Part shown: one piece after another, positions 18,827 through 30,518 of the stretch | How the letters are laid out: every line of letters begins with the position of its first letter | How positions within the stretch are numbered: position 1 is the first letter of the stretch | Source: Candidatus Poribacteria bacterium | GTDB taxonomy: Bacteria; Poribacteria; WGA-4E; JAJDTR01 | Direction of reading: 5' to 3' | Length of the DNA: 64,000 nucleotides | Assembly (NCBI GenBank): GCA_965222225.1 | Contig: CBDCTK010000002.1 | Coordinates: forward strand, 4,128,001 to 4,192,000 | The notes under the pieces: model-generated | What the model was told of the DNA's origin: nothing | Databases searched by the model: none | The model's input: only the letters and a program-made list of their open reading frames with translations | Program-made: the position numbers and the translations under genes

Positions 18827-19549
18827 ATGGAGTTGTACCCGATTCGCCACGGTCAGTCGACCAACAACCGTGGAGATGCGCGTGTCTCTGATCCATCGCT
18901 GACGGAGCTCGGGAGGCAGCAAGCGACCAGAGCAGGACTGGCGCTGAGAAACCTGGGTATCACGCGCCTTTAATGTAGTGCGATGCTTCGTGCGGTGCAA
19001 ACCGCCACAATTGTTGGAGAACACTTGGGACATGCCCCGCATGTTTTCGTGGGAATTCACGAGTGGGGCGGCGTTTGGGAAGATCGGGTTGATGGTGGTA
19101 TGGATCAACTGCCGGGACTAACACGATCGCAGTTGCGCGATGCCTGTCCGACAGCCGTGTTGCCAGATGATGTAACGGACGAAGGTTGGTGCATTCAAGC
19201 ATTCGACGCCCACGAACTAGCGTACGGAGGGAACGATGAACAAATGCTGGGCTTGGCACACGAAAATTGCCTTCGATTCATCGCCCACTTGGACCACCAC
19301 CACCACGCAAGAGAACATGAAAAGGTCGGGGCAATTTTGCACGGTGGATCCGGATCAATGCTGCTCGGTGCATTTTTTGGTTTGCTACCAAATGAAACTC
19401 AAAATCGCTTCCCGCACAACAACGCCGGAATCACGAAAATTATTAGAACTCCGAAGTATACCCAGTTGCTTTATCAAAACCAGACCAGCCATCTATTGAA
19501 AGAGAGTGAATTCGACCTAGAAGCCAGTTCTCCCATGGTAATTTGGTGA
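18827..19549 (+). pseudogene. Histidine phosphatase (PGM-like) copy 1, with a premature stop
   Basis: ATG 18827 gives MELYPIRHGQ. In-frame TAA at 18971-18973 where the paralog at 19704 has TAT. Confidence 0.88.
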
Positions 19550-19703
19550 AACGAGTACTGAATGACCAACACCGCCTAGACGGAATTATTTGAAAAAACA
19601 GTGCATCGAATCCCCACCTGAAACAGATGCTAAAATCCGATACCGTGATAAAGCAGTGCATGATTGCCGGAACCGTTTTCAAGCTGAAAGGAAATAACAG
19701 ATT

Positions 19704-20426
19704 ATGGAATTGTACCTAATTCGCCACGGTCAGTCGACCAACAACCGTGGAGATGCGCGTGTTCCTGAGACACCGCTGACAGAGATCGGAAAGCAGCAAG
19801 CGGACAGATCGGGACGGGCGTTGAAGAACTTGGGTGTCACGCGCCTTTATTTCAGCGCGATGCTCCGTGCGGTGCAAACCGCCACAATTGTTGGAGAACA
19901 CTTGGGACATGCCCCGCATGTATTCGTGGGAATTCACGAGTGGGGCGGCCTTTGGGAAGATCGGGTTGATGGTGGTATGGATCAGCTACCGGGACTAACA
20001 CGATCGCAGTTGCGCGATCTCTGTCCAAAAGTGGTGTTACCAAATGATGTGACAGACAACGGTTGGTGGTTTCCATCGTCTGTCAATGATAAACCGGTAT
20101 CGGCATGGGACTATGCGCAGATGCTCCAATTGATTCACAGAAACTGCCGTGGGTTCATCGCGCATTTGGAGCAACACCACGGTGGGGAAGCTGAGAAGAT
20201 CGGAGCAATTATACACGGAGGCTCCGGCTCAATCCTAATCGGAGCCCTGCTAGGGATGCCACTGCCAAACGAATTTCCAGAGCGCTTCCCACACAATAAC
20301 ACCGGCATCACGAAAATTCGAAGAACCCACGAGCACACACAGTTACTGTATCATAACCAAACCGGTCATCTACTGAAGAATTGTGAGTTCAGTCAAGAAG
20401 CTAGCTCCCCATTACTAACATGGTGA
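19704..20426 (+). CDS. Histidine phosphatase family protein, copy 2
   Basis: LIRHGQ, LT.IG.QQA, S.MLRA.QTA and IHGG. Confidence 0.9.
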   Translation: MELYLIRHGQSTNNRGDARVPETPLTEIGKQQADRSGRALKNLGVTRLYFSAMLRAVQTATIVGEHLGHAPHVFVGIHEWGGLWEDRVDGGMDQLPGLTRSQLRDLCPKVVLPNDVTDNGWWFPSSVNDKPVSAWDYAQMLQLIHRNCRGFIAHLEQHHGGEAEKIGAIIHGGSGSILIGALLGMPLPNEFPERFPHNNTGITKIRRTHEHTQLLYHNQTGHLLKNCEFSQEASSPLLTW

Positions 20427-20559
20427 GACATTCGATTGACTCAATATTTAGGCGGTATCGCATTATTCAATCGGCTCTTGGCCGTACAATTAGGGTCGGA
20501 ATATGCACCCGTACAAATCACTACTCCGTTCTTATCCGTGAGGGAAGGATACAGACGAA

Positions 20560-21258
20560 GTGAATCGCAATCGTATAATCACCGTGGGATATCTCATCAT
20601 CGTTGGAGGGATGTTTGCGCTTAAAGAATTCCTTAATGGAGATATATACCGCGCTGCGTTAACCGCCATGGCGTTTGTATTATTTGGAGTCCTAACGTTT
20701 TTCTACGACGATTTGCAACATTGGATTAAGCCTTTTGCCCTGACTTTACCGTTAATCGTCCTAGGGTCATCAGTTTATCGAGATTTCAGAGTGGGCGATG
20801 TCTCCTTAGCGATGCTAGGCGTAGCCATGATTGGGGGCGGTGCAATCATATTTTTCCAATCCCAACCGCTCGCAGCAATTAAGGCAATGTTTCTCATGAA
20901 TGTAGGAGGATTATTCGCTTATAGACAATCCTTTGACGGAAACATCGAAAACACAATTCGCATGGGCATCCTGTTTACCTTCTTCTTCGTTCTGTTCTTT
21001 TATGAGAGTGTACCGGCATGGATTAGACCTTTTGTGATGCTACTACCCATAAACCTCTTGGGGTTATCTGCCTATAGAGATTTCCGACTTGGAAATACGT
21101 CCTGCGTTATTTTAGATATAGTCTTGATTGCAGGGGGCGCTCTGATGTTGGTTCAAGACGCACCGTTCATAAAAGGGAAATTGCGGTCCTCTTTCAGTTT
21201 AATTCCGGTCATCGCATTTACCGTTTTCCTCCTCTGGGATATACTTCTGCTCTCCTGA
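20560..21258 (+). CDS. Hypothetical membrane protein with an internal duplication
   Basis: About 8 hydrophobic segments. The repeat FFY..(L/V)..WI(K/R)PF...LP...LG.S.YRDFR.G occurs twice. Confidence 0.65.
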   Translation: MNRNRIITVGYLIIVGGMFALKEFLNGDIYRAALTAMAFVLFGVLTFFYDDLQHWIKPFALTLPLIVLGSSVYRDFRVGDVSLAMLGVAMIGGGAIIFFQSQPLAAIKAMFLMNVGGLFAYRQSFDGNIENTIRMGILFTFFFVLFFYESVPAWIRPFVMLLPINLLGLSAYRDFRLGNTSCVILDIVLIAGGALMLVQDAPFIKGKLRSSFSLIPVIAFTVFLLWDILLLS

Positions 21259-21495
21259 AACAAAATCCTCTACACAGGGATGGGATGAAGTTCATTTAAG
21301 TTATCAAGAAACGTAGACGCATCTGGAACGAGCAGAATACGTGATGCGTTTTCCTCGTGTAGCACGGTATCCACAACATCTAACAAGGCCCCGTTCAATC
21401 GGCAACGCGTATATGAAGCAACACGTTGCATTGAGCTAATCCGAGAGATTATGGCGCACTACAAACAGCTAGAGCTTGATTACAATGGACCAGAA

Positions 21496-21930
21496 ATGGA
21501 GGAGACAAACTTAAAAGAAGAGGACTACATCGTTCTGAGTTTGTAACCGGAATCATACGAAGGAATCTTATCGAGTGAAAATACATACGAGTACCGTATC
21601 CAGTTTAGAAAAAGACCAACAATAGCCTTTGTCTATTTAATGTCACCGGTAAAATGTATCAGTGGCATCATTCGATTCGACACACCACTTATCGATTCGC
21701 CGGAAGAAGAGGAACAGAAGCTTGGCAACTGCAAGCCCGTAATTGAATACCTATCAAGATATAAGTTGGGATATGCTATTCCCATCGCAAGGTGACGGAA
21801 ATCACACCTGTGTCGTTGGCTAGTTTGCAATCGAAATACAATTTCACACCGCCTCAGGCGTTCCTGTATTTGAAGAACAACAGACCTCTCTTTGATTTCT
21901 TGGTTATCCAATGAAATTTGGAAACCTTAA
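21496..21930 (+). pseudogene. ASCH/PUA-domain protein remnant
   Basis: Manual translation: MEETNLKEEDYIVLSL*PESYEGILSSENTYEYR...AFVYLMSPVKCISG...GYAIPI, then a shifted-frame FTPPQAFLYL. End approximate. Confidence 0.65.
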
Positions 21931-22065
21931 TCGCAGGGGAAATTCTCTCCCAGATTCTACCTCATTAGCTGCTTTTTTATGACCACTGTTTTCATCGGAA
22001 GGAATCCCCATAGAAATTTTGAGAGAATTGAAGTTTGACCGCGCGGTAGGGGAGCATTCTCGAAG

Positions 22066-22539
22066 ATGACCATGAAGAGACGAAAGACAGTATACCTTGC
22101 GAATCCCTACGGTTTCTCGGAGCAACAGCGGGAATACCTATTACCAGCCCTGATTCAGGCACTGGAAGCTATTGGCTTAGAGGTATGGGAGCCGTTTGAG
22201 CGAAACAACAATGAAGACATTTCGTTACCCGGCTGGGCATACCGAATTGGACAACGAGACAAGAATGATGTCGTTGAAGCGGACGCGATTTTTGCCGTCG
22301 TGAACGGTGTCCCGCCCGACGAAGGGGTTATGGTCGAATTAGGAATCGCGATTGCGCTCGGAAAGCCCACATTCCTATTCCGCGACGACTTTCGGGGTGC
22401 CGCCGATTCCGATGAATACCCACTCAACCTCATGGTCTTCACTGGCTTACCCCGCTGTGGATGGGAGCGGTACTACTTCAAATCGATAACTGAGATTTCA
22501 TCGCCCGACAAAGCATTGGCGCCTTGGGCAAAAATATAG
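22066..22539 (+). CDS. Nucleoside 2-deoxyribosyltransferase-family protein
   Basis: VYLANPYGFS, D...ADAIFAVVNG.PPDEGVMVELGIAIALGKP and NLM. Confidence 0.88.
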   Translation: MTMKRRKTVYLANPYGFSEQQREYLLPALIQALEAIGLEVWEPFERNNNEDISLPGWAYRIGQRDKNDVVEADAIFAVVNGVPPDEGVMVELGIAIALGKPTFLFRDDFRGAADSDEYPLNLMVFTGLPRCGWERYYFKSITEISSPDKALAPWAKI

Positions 22540-22582
22540 GCAAGATTTTATTTCACATATATGATTACGAACTGGAGGTCTT

Positions 22583-23788
22583 ATGAAACTGATCGGTGGC
22601 GGAATTACGGCTGTTCCCGGTATTCGGGCATCGGGCGCGCACGGCGGCTTAAAGTCGGATAACCAGAGAGATGTCGCGTTGATTGTTGCGGATTCGCCGG
22701 CAGTGGCAGCAGGGGTATTTACGCGAAATCGTGTATGTGCCGCAACAGTTCTGCTTTCCCGTGAACACCTGAAAGATCCGGTCGCCCAAGCAATAGTCGT
22801 CAACAGTGGCAATGCAAACGCCTGCACCGGGGAACAAGGACTCGACAATGCTCGAAAAATGGCAGCCTTGGTTGGGGAGCAGCTTAACTTGGAGTCGAAA
22901 AACGTATTGGTTTCTTCAACGGGTGTGATTGGTGTACAATTGCCGATGGATGCAATCAGAAAGGGCATTGAGCGTGCTGCCGATACGTTGCGCGAAGATG
23001 GCGGATACGATGCGGCACAAGCCATTATGACCACTGACACCGTGCCGAAAGAGATTGCAGTGGAGATTGAGGTTGGCGGAGAAAAGGTCAAGATTGGGGG
23101 AATGACAAAAGGCTCGGGCATGATTGCGCCGAACATGGCGACGATGCTTGCGTTTCTGGCGGCGGATGTGAATATTGCAGCTGCGCCGTTACAGGAAGCT
23201 CTCCGGAAATCGGTCAATAAATCATTCAACCGGGTAACGGTTGACACAGACAGAAGTACCAACGACACAGTACAAATCTTGGCGACCGGATCGGCACGCA
23301 ATTCTGAAATCACCGAAGCATCAGGCGACGATTTTGATGCCTTCTACACAGCACTTGAGTTTGTCTGCATTGAGTTGGCGAAGAAGATAGCGCGGGACGG
23401 AGAAGGAGCCACAAAGATGATTGAAGTGGTTGTCAAGAATGCGAAGACCGAGGCAGAAGCCGAATTAGCAGCGCGAGCTACCGCCGAATCCCCGCTTGTA
23501 AAAACTGCCGTTTTCGGGAAGGATGCCAACTGGGGACGTATAATGATGGCGGTTGGAAAATCTGAAGCGCAGTTCGATCCTTACCAAGTGGATGTTTGGC
23601 TGGGTGATTACCAACTGGTGAAGGCAGGCATGGACTCGGGTTTTGATGAGGAGAAGGCTACACAGCTTTTCTCTGAGGACACGGTTGTAATCACTATAGA
23701 TCTTGCCGCAGGTGATGCAGAGGCGACGATGTGGACGTGCGACTATTCCTACGACTATATCAAGATAAACGCAGATTATCGGACATAA
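22583..23788 (+). CDS. argJ: Bifunctional ornithine acetyltransferase/N-acetylglutamate synthase
   Basis: NSGNANACTG, SSTGVIG, IMTTD, KGSGMIAPNMATML, STND, RDGEGATK and WTCD. Confidence 0.97.
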   Translation: MKLIGGGITAVPGIRASGAHGGLKSDNQRDVALIVADSPAVAAGVFTRNRVCAATVLLSREHLKDPVAQAIVVNSGNANACTGEQGLDNARKMAALVGEQLNLESKNVLVSSTGVIGVQLPMDAIRKGIERAADTLREDGGYDAAQAIMTTDTVPKEIAVEIEVGGEKVKIGGMTKGSGMIAPNMATMLAFLAADVNIAAAPLQEALRKSVNKSFNRVTVDTDRSTNDTVQILATGSARNSEITEASGDDFDAFYTALEFVCIELAKKIARDGEGATKMIEVVVKNAKTEAEAELAARATAESPLVKTAVFGKDANWGRIMMAVGKSEAQFDPYQVDVWLGDYQLVKAGMDSGFDEEKATQLFSEDTVVITIDLAAGDAEATMWTCDYSYDYIKINADYRT

Positions 23789-23842
23789 AGACGCTCAACT
23801 AGATTCAGAAATATGCCTCTGCCCGTCATTGCCGAATCCGTC

Positions 23843-23874
23843 GAGACCGAGGTTTTTGCGAATAACTCGGTCTC
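23843..23874. terminator. Hairpin between convergent genes, probable terminator
   Basis: gagaccgag...ctcggtctc stem between argJ and the opposing epimerase gene. Confidence 0.5.
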
Positions 23875-23907
23875 TCTTGCGCAATTTCTTAACACGAGCC
23901 CTTTAGG

Positions 23908-24906
23908 TTAGTCTTCAAATGGCGCATCAAACGCAATGTCTGACGGTTCAAAGTCATACGCTTTGACCGCGGCGCATGATTCGCGCGCGCCGTGCTCGCG
24001 GTCCATGCCACTATCCTCCCACTCAATCGATAAGGGGCCATCGTGCCCAATGCGGTTGAGCGCTCGGATAATCTCCTCAAAGTTGATATTCCCGCGGCCG
24101 ATTGAACGGAAATCCCAGTATCGTTGACCATCTCCGAAATCGAGGTTTCCGCCGAAAACGCCGGAAAGACGCGGCGTGGATGACCACCAGACATCCTTCA
24201 TGTGGACATGGTAGATTCGGCTGCCGAGACGCTCGATAAACGCGACGTAATCAACCCCCTGATATCCAAGGTGGCTAGGATCGTAGTTGAAACCGAAGGT
24301 TTCACGACCGTCAAGCGCTTCGATTGCCCGCTCGGCGGTCACAATATCGAAAGCAATCTCGGTCGGGTGAACCTCAAGCCCAAACTGGACACCCACTTCA
24401 TCGAATACGTCAAGGATCGGATTCCAGCGGTTGGCGAAGTCCTCATATCCCGCATCAATCTGGGCGGGATCGTTCGGCGGGAAGGAATAAAGCAGATGCC
24501 AGATGCTGCTGCCTGTAAATCCGTTAACCACGCTTGCTCCCAGTTTTGCCGCCGCGCGTGCAGTTGCCTTCATTTCATCGGCGGCGCGTTGACGGACGCC
24601 TTCCGGATCGCCATCGCCCCAGATATTTGGAGCAAGAATGGCTTGATGTCGGCCGTCAATATTGTCGCAGACCGCCTGACCGACAAGGTGATTACTGATT
24701 GACCAGACTTTAAGTCCGTACTTCGCCAGAAGGTCGTGTTTTCCCTGACAGTAATCGGGATCTTCCAAAGCTTTGTCAACCTCGAAGTGATCGCCCCAGC
24801 AAGCTAGTTCCAAGCCGTCAAAACCCCAGTCGCTTGCTTTCTGCGCCAAATCTTCCAGTGTCAAATCCGCCCACTGGCCAGTGAACAGTGTAACAGGTCT
24901 CGCCAT
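23908..24906 (-). CDS. Sugar phosphate isomerase/epimerase (IolE/xylose isomerase-like TIM barrel)
   Basis: [34 protein letters not shown] and LSIEWED. Confidence 0.9.
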   Translation of the reverse strand: MARPVTLFTGQWADLTLEDLAQKASDWGFDGLELACWGDHFEVDKALEDPDYCQGKHDLLAKYGLKVWSISNHLVGQAVCDNIDGRHQAILAPNIWGDGDPEGVRQRAADEMKATARAAAKLGASVVNGFTGSSIWHLLYSFPPNDPAQIDAGYEDFANRWNPILDVFDEVGVQFGLEVHPTEIAFDIVTAERAIEALDGRETFGFNYDPSHLGYQGVDYVAFIERLGSRIYHVHMKDVWWSSTPRLSGVFGGNLDFGDGQRYWDFRSIGRGNINFEEIIRALNRIGHDGPLSIEWEDSGMDREHGARESCAAVKAYDFEPSDIAFDAPFED

Positions 24907-25036
24907 TTTGCTGCCTCCTTTGATTCTAATATTTTGATTCTAATATATGGTATTCTTTTTGGAAGGATCGCCTTCAGAAAATTGAACGGTCAACGCTATA
25001 TTGAAAAGTTGGTTTCCAAAAACACCAAATGTCGGA

Positions 25037-26209
25037 TTACGAAGGTGGTGTATAGCAAGCGTCGATCCAGGCGCGTTTTGTACCGCTTTCGACCGCTTTA
25101 TGTATGAAATGAACGCCGCGCGCCCCGTCCTGCACCGTCGGAAAGTCTGTATCGAATTCACCCGGCTGCTCGCCAGCAATTTTTGCCGCCATTGTGCGTG
25201 CTGCGTTGACGTAGATATTCGCGAAAGCCTCTATGAATCCTTCGGGGTGGCCAAACGGAATGCGGGAGTTGTGCTGCGCGATTTCGGCGACATAGCCGTT
25301 TCCTCGTTTGTAAACTTGCTCGGGGCCGTCCGGAAAACGAACGTAGAGGTAGTTCGGGTTCTCTTGATGCCAGTCTAACGAAGCGTCAGTACCGTAAACA
25401 CGGATGCGAAGGTTGTTTTCCTCTCCCACCGACACTTGAGATGCGTAGAGGATTCCTCTCGCGCCGTGTTCGAAACCCACCAAGACGTTTCCGTCGTCTT
25501 CCAATTTGCGTCCCGGCACAAACGTCGTCAGATCGGCGCAAATTTCTTCTATCCCCAAGCCGGTGATGTAGTGAGCGAGGTTTTCCGCGTGCGAACCAAT
25601 GTCGCCGATACAAGAAGAAACACCTGTTTGATTGGGGTCTGTGCGCCAGACAGCCTGTTTGGTACCTTCCGCTTCCAAGAGAGTTGACAGCCAGCCCTGC
25701 GGGTATTCGACCACAATTTTTCGAACCGTTCCAAGCTGTCCGCCTCGAACCAACTCGCGTGCCTGCTTGACCATCGGATAGCCGGTATAATTATGGGTAA
25801 GTGCGAAGACGGCATCGTGTTGCGTCACTAGCCGACATAATTCCTCCGCGTCCTCTACCGTCGTTGTCATTGGTTTGTCGCAAACGACGTGGAATCCCGC
25901 TTCGAGAAAAGTCTTCGCCGCATCAAAATGAATATTATTTGGTGTAACAATAGATACAAAATCGATTCGATCTCCTTCAGGTAGTTGGCTCTCCTTCTCT
26001 GCCATCTCCTTATACGAGCCGTACACTCGACTGGCGTCAAGTAGAAGCTCTTCGCCCTGTTGACGCGATTTGTCGGCGGATGAGGAGAACGCACCCGCGA
26101 CTAGCTCAATTTCGCCGTCAAGTGCCGCCGCCTGCCGATGGACGGCACCAATAAACGCGTCCGGACCACCTCCTACCATCCCGTAACGTATTTTTCTTCC
26201 GAGTGGCAT
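25037..26209 (-). CDS. Gfo/Idh/MocA-family oxidoreductase
   Basis: GMVGGG...FIGAVH, VTPN..H, VVCDKP, EYPQGW and DIGSH. Confidence 0.92.
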   Translation of the reverse strand: MPLGRKIRYGMVGGGPDAFIGAVHRQAAALDGEIELVAGAFSSSADKSRQQGEELLLDASRVYGSYKEMAEKESQLPEGDRIDFVSIVTPNNIHFDAAKTFLEAGFHVVCDKPMTTTVEDAEELCRLVTQHDAVFALTHNYTGYPMVKQARELVRGGQLGTVRKIVVEYPQGWLSTLLEAEGTKQAVWRTDPNQTGVSSCIGDIGSHAENLAHYITGLGIEEICADLTTFVPGRKLEDDGNVLVGFEHGARGILYASQVSVGEENNLRIRVYGTDASLDWHQENPNYLYVRFPDGPEQVYKRGNGYVAEIAQHNSRIPFGHPEGFIEAFANIYVNAARTMAAKIAGEQPGEFDTDFPTVQDGARGVHFIHKAVESGTKRAWIDACYTPPS

Positions 26210-26324
26210 ATTGGTATCTCCTTTGATGTTATGTATGCCAACAATCGTGTTGACCGAATCATTTTGAGACTGCTTTCGTAAGTCCTATCTATCTAGCAAA
26301 TTACTGCATCCAAAATATCGATCC

Positions 26325-26353
26325 AATATAGCACGGTGGTGGGTTGCTGTCAA
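26325..26353 (-). promoter_or_regulatory. sigma70-type promoter for the Gfo/epimerase operon
   Basis: Minus strand TTGACA-17 nt-TATATT with TG extension. Confidence 0.6.
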
Positions 26354-26429
26354 TCACATAAAAAACGTAAATCGGAGCAATTGTCTCTATTCATGTGTGG
26401 AAATCCGTTATCTTGCACTCCTAATTCTC

Positions 26430-27910
26430 CGTAGGGGATCAAGTGAGTGAATAGCGAATGATCAACTGAGCGAACAGCGAAGGCGATAGAGTTCCCATAG
26501 AGATCCCTCCTCGCCCGCTCCCTTTCGGCAGAAATCCCTATATCCAACCACGCCCAGTCCATTGCGAACCACAATCCTGCGAGGCTATATGTAGGGTGCG
26601 CACCGCGCACCAGCCTTTTCGTCGTACTCGCGCGATAGAGTTCCTACCAGCCTTCCTATGCACCCGTAGGAGCGGCCTCGCGGTCTCGCTTGCGCAAGCC
26701 GGAGCGTCTGTCGTGAATATGCAGGTTGCGGGGCGGTGGAAATCCCCTCGGATGCCGGCGCATTATGCCCGCGCCGAGTTGGCAGAGCAAGGAGCAATTG
26801 CACGCTTCAAATACGGGAAAGACGGTGGGGGGTAGCGAACCGGGAAGGATAGTTGAGGGAAAGTACATATGTAGGGTGGGCACTGCCCACCATTTTTCTT
26901 AGGTGCGATTAACCGCCTGTTTAAGCCCGTGGGTTGGGATGAACGAAACCGAGAATTCCGGTGTCGACACACCAAACTTCCTCAAACTGGCTGACCCGTC
27001 GGATAGCATCAAGGAAAGAGTGAAACCCAACTTCACCCCCTACGTCATCGGACACCTCCCCGGCAAACGTTGGGTTTCACTAGGATCACCGAGAATTTAT
27101 TCCGAATAGCGTCCCACAATCGTCGTGTCATGCTTGGTGTTTTTGCTTGTTACCGTTCAACCCAACCTACGCGCTTCCCACCATCTCTTATGGGGTACGA
27201 TAGCCGATCCCGATAGAAATCCCTCAAGCAAACCAGATCGTGGGGGCGAGGTCTCCTCGCCCATTCTGTTGCGCACCCTAATCCCGTGCGGTAGAGCGTC
27301 CATTCCGCCAACCCCACACCTCCGCCACACCAATAAACGGCACATGCTCCTCCCACCGCCGACTCAACCCGCCGTTCCTAATCCACGTAATCCAATAATC
27401 CATCAAGCGAGTGAATAGATCGTGTGACCGAAAAGGATCAAGGGCGCGAATAGCGACCGCGATAGAGATCCGCCATGTCTGTCGCAAACCGATAGCCCCG
27501 TCTTGCACTCCAGCTGAGAACAAGCGACTGAATGAGGAGTGATCGAACCAATGGACACTGAATACGATAGGGAATCCTGATAGTATTTCCCACTGCGATG
27601 GAGTTCTTAAAATGAAGTTAAACGTCGCGCCTTGCACTCCAGCGGAGTGCGATGTCGATAGAACTGCAATGCGTACAATCTTCGCGCTCCAAAGGAGCGC
27701 AATGTCGGTAGGATGGCGATTCGATAAGGATCAAACGAGTGAACAGTGGTCTCCGTAGGGGCGCGATCAACTGACTAGATAAGGAAGGATCAAGTAAGTG
27801 AATAACGATCAACCGACTGATTAGGGAGGACGATAGTAGATTCTGCGCGATAGAATTCCTATAGAGATCCCCCCGCGCCCAATCCCGCGCGATAGATTTC
27901 TCATAGCAAT
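26430..27910. repeat. Dense field of REP-like palindromes and GATCAA/GCGATAGAG units
   Basis: REP types gtagggtgcgcaccgcgcacc, gtagggtgggcactgcccacc, gggttggg...gaaacccaac, gggcgaggtctcctcgccc and gcactccagcggagtgc. Units at 26437, 26460, 27401, 27436 and 27730-27870. Confidence 0.8.
26660..26835 (+). pseudogene. C-terminal remnant of a Cre-like tyrosine recombinase
   Basis: AVSLAQAGASVVNMQVAGRWKSPRMPAHYARAE...IARFKYGK aligns with the C-terminus of 33168-34079. Confidence 0.8.
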
Positions 27911-29270
27911 CACGACCGGGTTTCCATGACGGCCTGACTTCCAACAGCAAATCGAATCTTCCTCTTTATAGCCAAACGCCCTGCAGTAGTTCTATTTGCT
28001 TGTTCGCTTTCCTCGGTGCTATACTTGCCACGCTATTCTACTTCGGTACAATAGCTGTTGTCAAATAAGCGATAGAGCAATTTAGCGCCATCGTCGGTTT
28101 CACGAGGCGCGCTGCTGACAGAAATCGAACCCAATGTGTCTTATCATACGTTCTATCGACTAATCGACTCCCGCGGCAAAACCAATCCGTGAAGGAAAAA
28201 ACTTGAGAATTGAAAACGTCGACTTTCCCAAACCGTTGATAGAAGCCTTGCATGACAACGAACTCGTAGTGTTCGCTGGGGCTGGCGTTTCAATCGGTAA
28301 ACCTGCCCGTCTGCCCAGTTTCAGATCGTTGACCAATATTATCGCCGAAGGTACCGGGAAAACGGCGCGCGATGGCGAGACGCCTGAGCAATTCCTCGGA
28401 AGATTAAAAGACCAAGGCGTAAAAGTGCATGTGCGCGCTGCGCGACCGCTTTCTCAAGAAGGTTTGCAGGCTACGGCCCTTCATCAAGATCTTCTTAGAC
28501 TCTATCCTAAAACAGCGCCCGTTCGCCTCGTCACCACTAATTTCGATCCCCTGTTTGAGCAGGCAGCCTTTGAGCAGGCAGCCGAGGAAATATTCGACAG
28601 TTCGCCAGAAGTATTCCGGGCACCCGCGCTGCCTTTGGGACGTGAGTTCGACGGCATTGTTCATGTTCACGGTTCAGTCCGTCGCCCTAACGAGATGTTA
28701 CTTACGGATAGAGATTTTGCTCGCGCTTATCTGACCGATGGCTGGGCTCGACGCTTTCTCGTCGAACTTTTCAGTAATTTCCGAATCCTCTTTGTTGGCT
28801 ACAGTCATGACGACACGATTATGAATTATCTGGCCCGCGCGCTTCCTGCCGGTTCGGAATACCAACGTTTCATTTTGACCGGTTCCGAAGACAAGAAACC
28901 CTCTGATGATTGGCGTTCACTAGGGATTGAACCGATAGTCTACCCTCAGGCTAACGAAAATGACTATAGTGAACTCGACACAAGCATTCATGGCCTCGCC
29001 GAACTTGTACAGCGACGCGTTGTTGTTTGGAATGATGAAATAACCAATATAGCGCAAGTTCCGCCTCCCACTGACGAGAATAAGGCAGATCTCATTGAGT
29101 ACGCGCTAAGCGATGAAGTAAACACAAGGTTCTTTGCAAAAGCGGCTTCAGATCCTGATTGGATTGACTGGCTCGACGAGCGTGGACATTTGACCGCGCT
29201 ATTCCGCGACGATATACTCACCGCGCAAGCCAAAACCTTGTCTTGGTGGTTGGCAGATCGATTTCTTTTC

Positions 29271-30518
29271 GGAATTAGTAGCTTGTAGCTTTTAGACTGA
29301 CGACAAACATAAAACTTGGTACCCTGTCGTAAATCTTTTCGTCACACGTAGATGTCCATAGTGACTATTCTTCTCGTAGGAGTTTGCTATGGACATTTTG
29401 AATCTTATGAAAGAGTTTCCAAATCAAGAATCTTGTCTCAGATTTATAGAGGAAAAACGTTGGAAGGACGGTGTTTGCTGTATCCACTGTGGCAGTGAAA
29501 AAGTTGGACGCAAGAACAAAAACGACATTACTACTGGTTGGAATTGCTACGATTGTGAATCTAGCTTTTCGGCTACAGCAGGAACCATCTTCCATGGTAC
29601 CAAGATACCTCTCCAGAAATGGTTTTTGGCTATCTCAATTCTTTCCAATGCCAAGAAAAGCATATCGAGTTGTCAGCTTGCTCGTGACTTGGACATGAAT
29701 CAAAAGTCCGCTTGGTATATGGCAATGCGCCTCCGTGAGAAAATGAGTGATAGTGATGAATTGCTGAAAGGGATAGTTGAAGCGGACGAAACCTATGTCG
29801 GCGGCAAACCCAGAGCAAAATCTAAGAGAGGTAGAGGCACAAATAAATCTCCCGTCATCGGCGTAGTCGAGAGAGGCGGTCGGGTGGTTGCTAAATTCAT
29901 GAAGGTTCTATCTGGTGAAAATATCAGAGAATTCATCCTTAGCAATGTCTCACCCGATGAGTCTATTCTTATGACTGATGAATTTCGCTCTTACAATAGT
30001 CTGGACGAAGATATCGAAAGACATGTTATCCATCACCAAGAGAGATATGTTTCTGAGGACGGCGTAACTCACACCAACACCATCGAGTCGTTTTGGGCTT
30101 GTGTCAAGAGGTCATTCTACGGAACGCATCATCACTACAGCAAGAAGTGGCTGCCACTGTATATCATGGAGTCTTGCTGGAAATATAATCGCAGAAAAGA
30201 TGATGAGATTTTCATAAGATTTTTTGATGAATGCTTCACCTGAGCCACATGAATTGTTTGGCTATCGGTATATTCTGTCAACGACAACATCATGGTGTGC
30301 TGAAAATCCCATAGTGTTGGAAATTAAAATCCCGCAGATAACCCGCAATGCTCCCGCGAGCATGTACAAACGCTTGGTCAACATGATATGCCTCCATTTC
30401 TCTCTTATAGAGATGTATTTTAGTGTGAATCAAGATTCCGAACACTGTCTAAAATGATTGTACATTAAGAAGAGAAAAGCAAGCAAATCGACCAAAAAGC
30501 AGTTAACTACTAAGTCCC
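29271..30518 (+). mobile_element. IS1595-family insertion sequence
   Basis: Imperfect inverted repeats GGAATTAGTAG / CTACTAAGTCC and a duplicated target tttctttt(c) at 29262-29270 and 30519-30527. Confidence 0.9.
29389..30243 (+). CDS. IS1595 transposase
   Basis: CIHCG...CYDC zinc ribbon, GTIFH.TK.PL.KWF, VEADETYVGGK, LMTDE and HTNTIESFW. Confidence 0.95.
   Translation: MDILNLMKEFPNQESCLRFIEEKRWKDGVCCIHCGSEKVGRKNKNDITTGWNCYDCESSFSATAGTIFHGTKIPLQKWFLAISILSNAKKSISSCQLARDLDMNQKSAWYMAMRLREKMSDSDELLKGIVEADETYVGGKPRAKSKRGRGTNKSPVIGVVERGGRVVAKFMKVLSGENIREFILSNVSPDESILMTDEFRSYNSLDEDIERHVIHHQERYVSEDGVTHTNTIESFWACVKRSFYGTHHHYSKKWLPLYIMESCWKYNRRKDDEIFIRFFDECFT

Noticed and set aside
26430-27910. CRISPR array
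   Set aside because: The repeats are degenerate and irregularly spaced, there are no constant-length spacers, and no cas genes are present.
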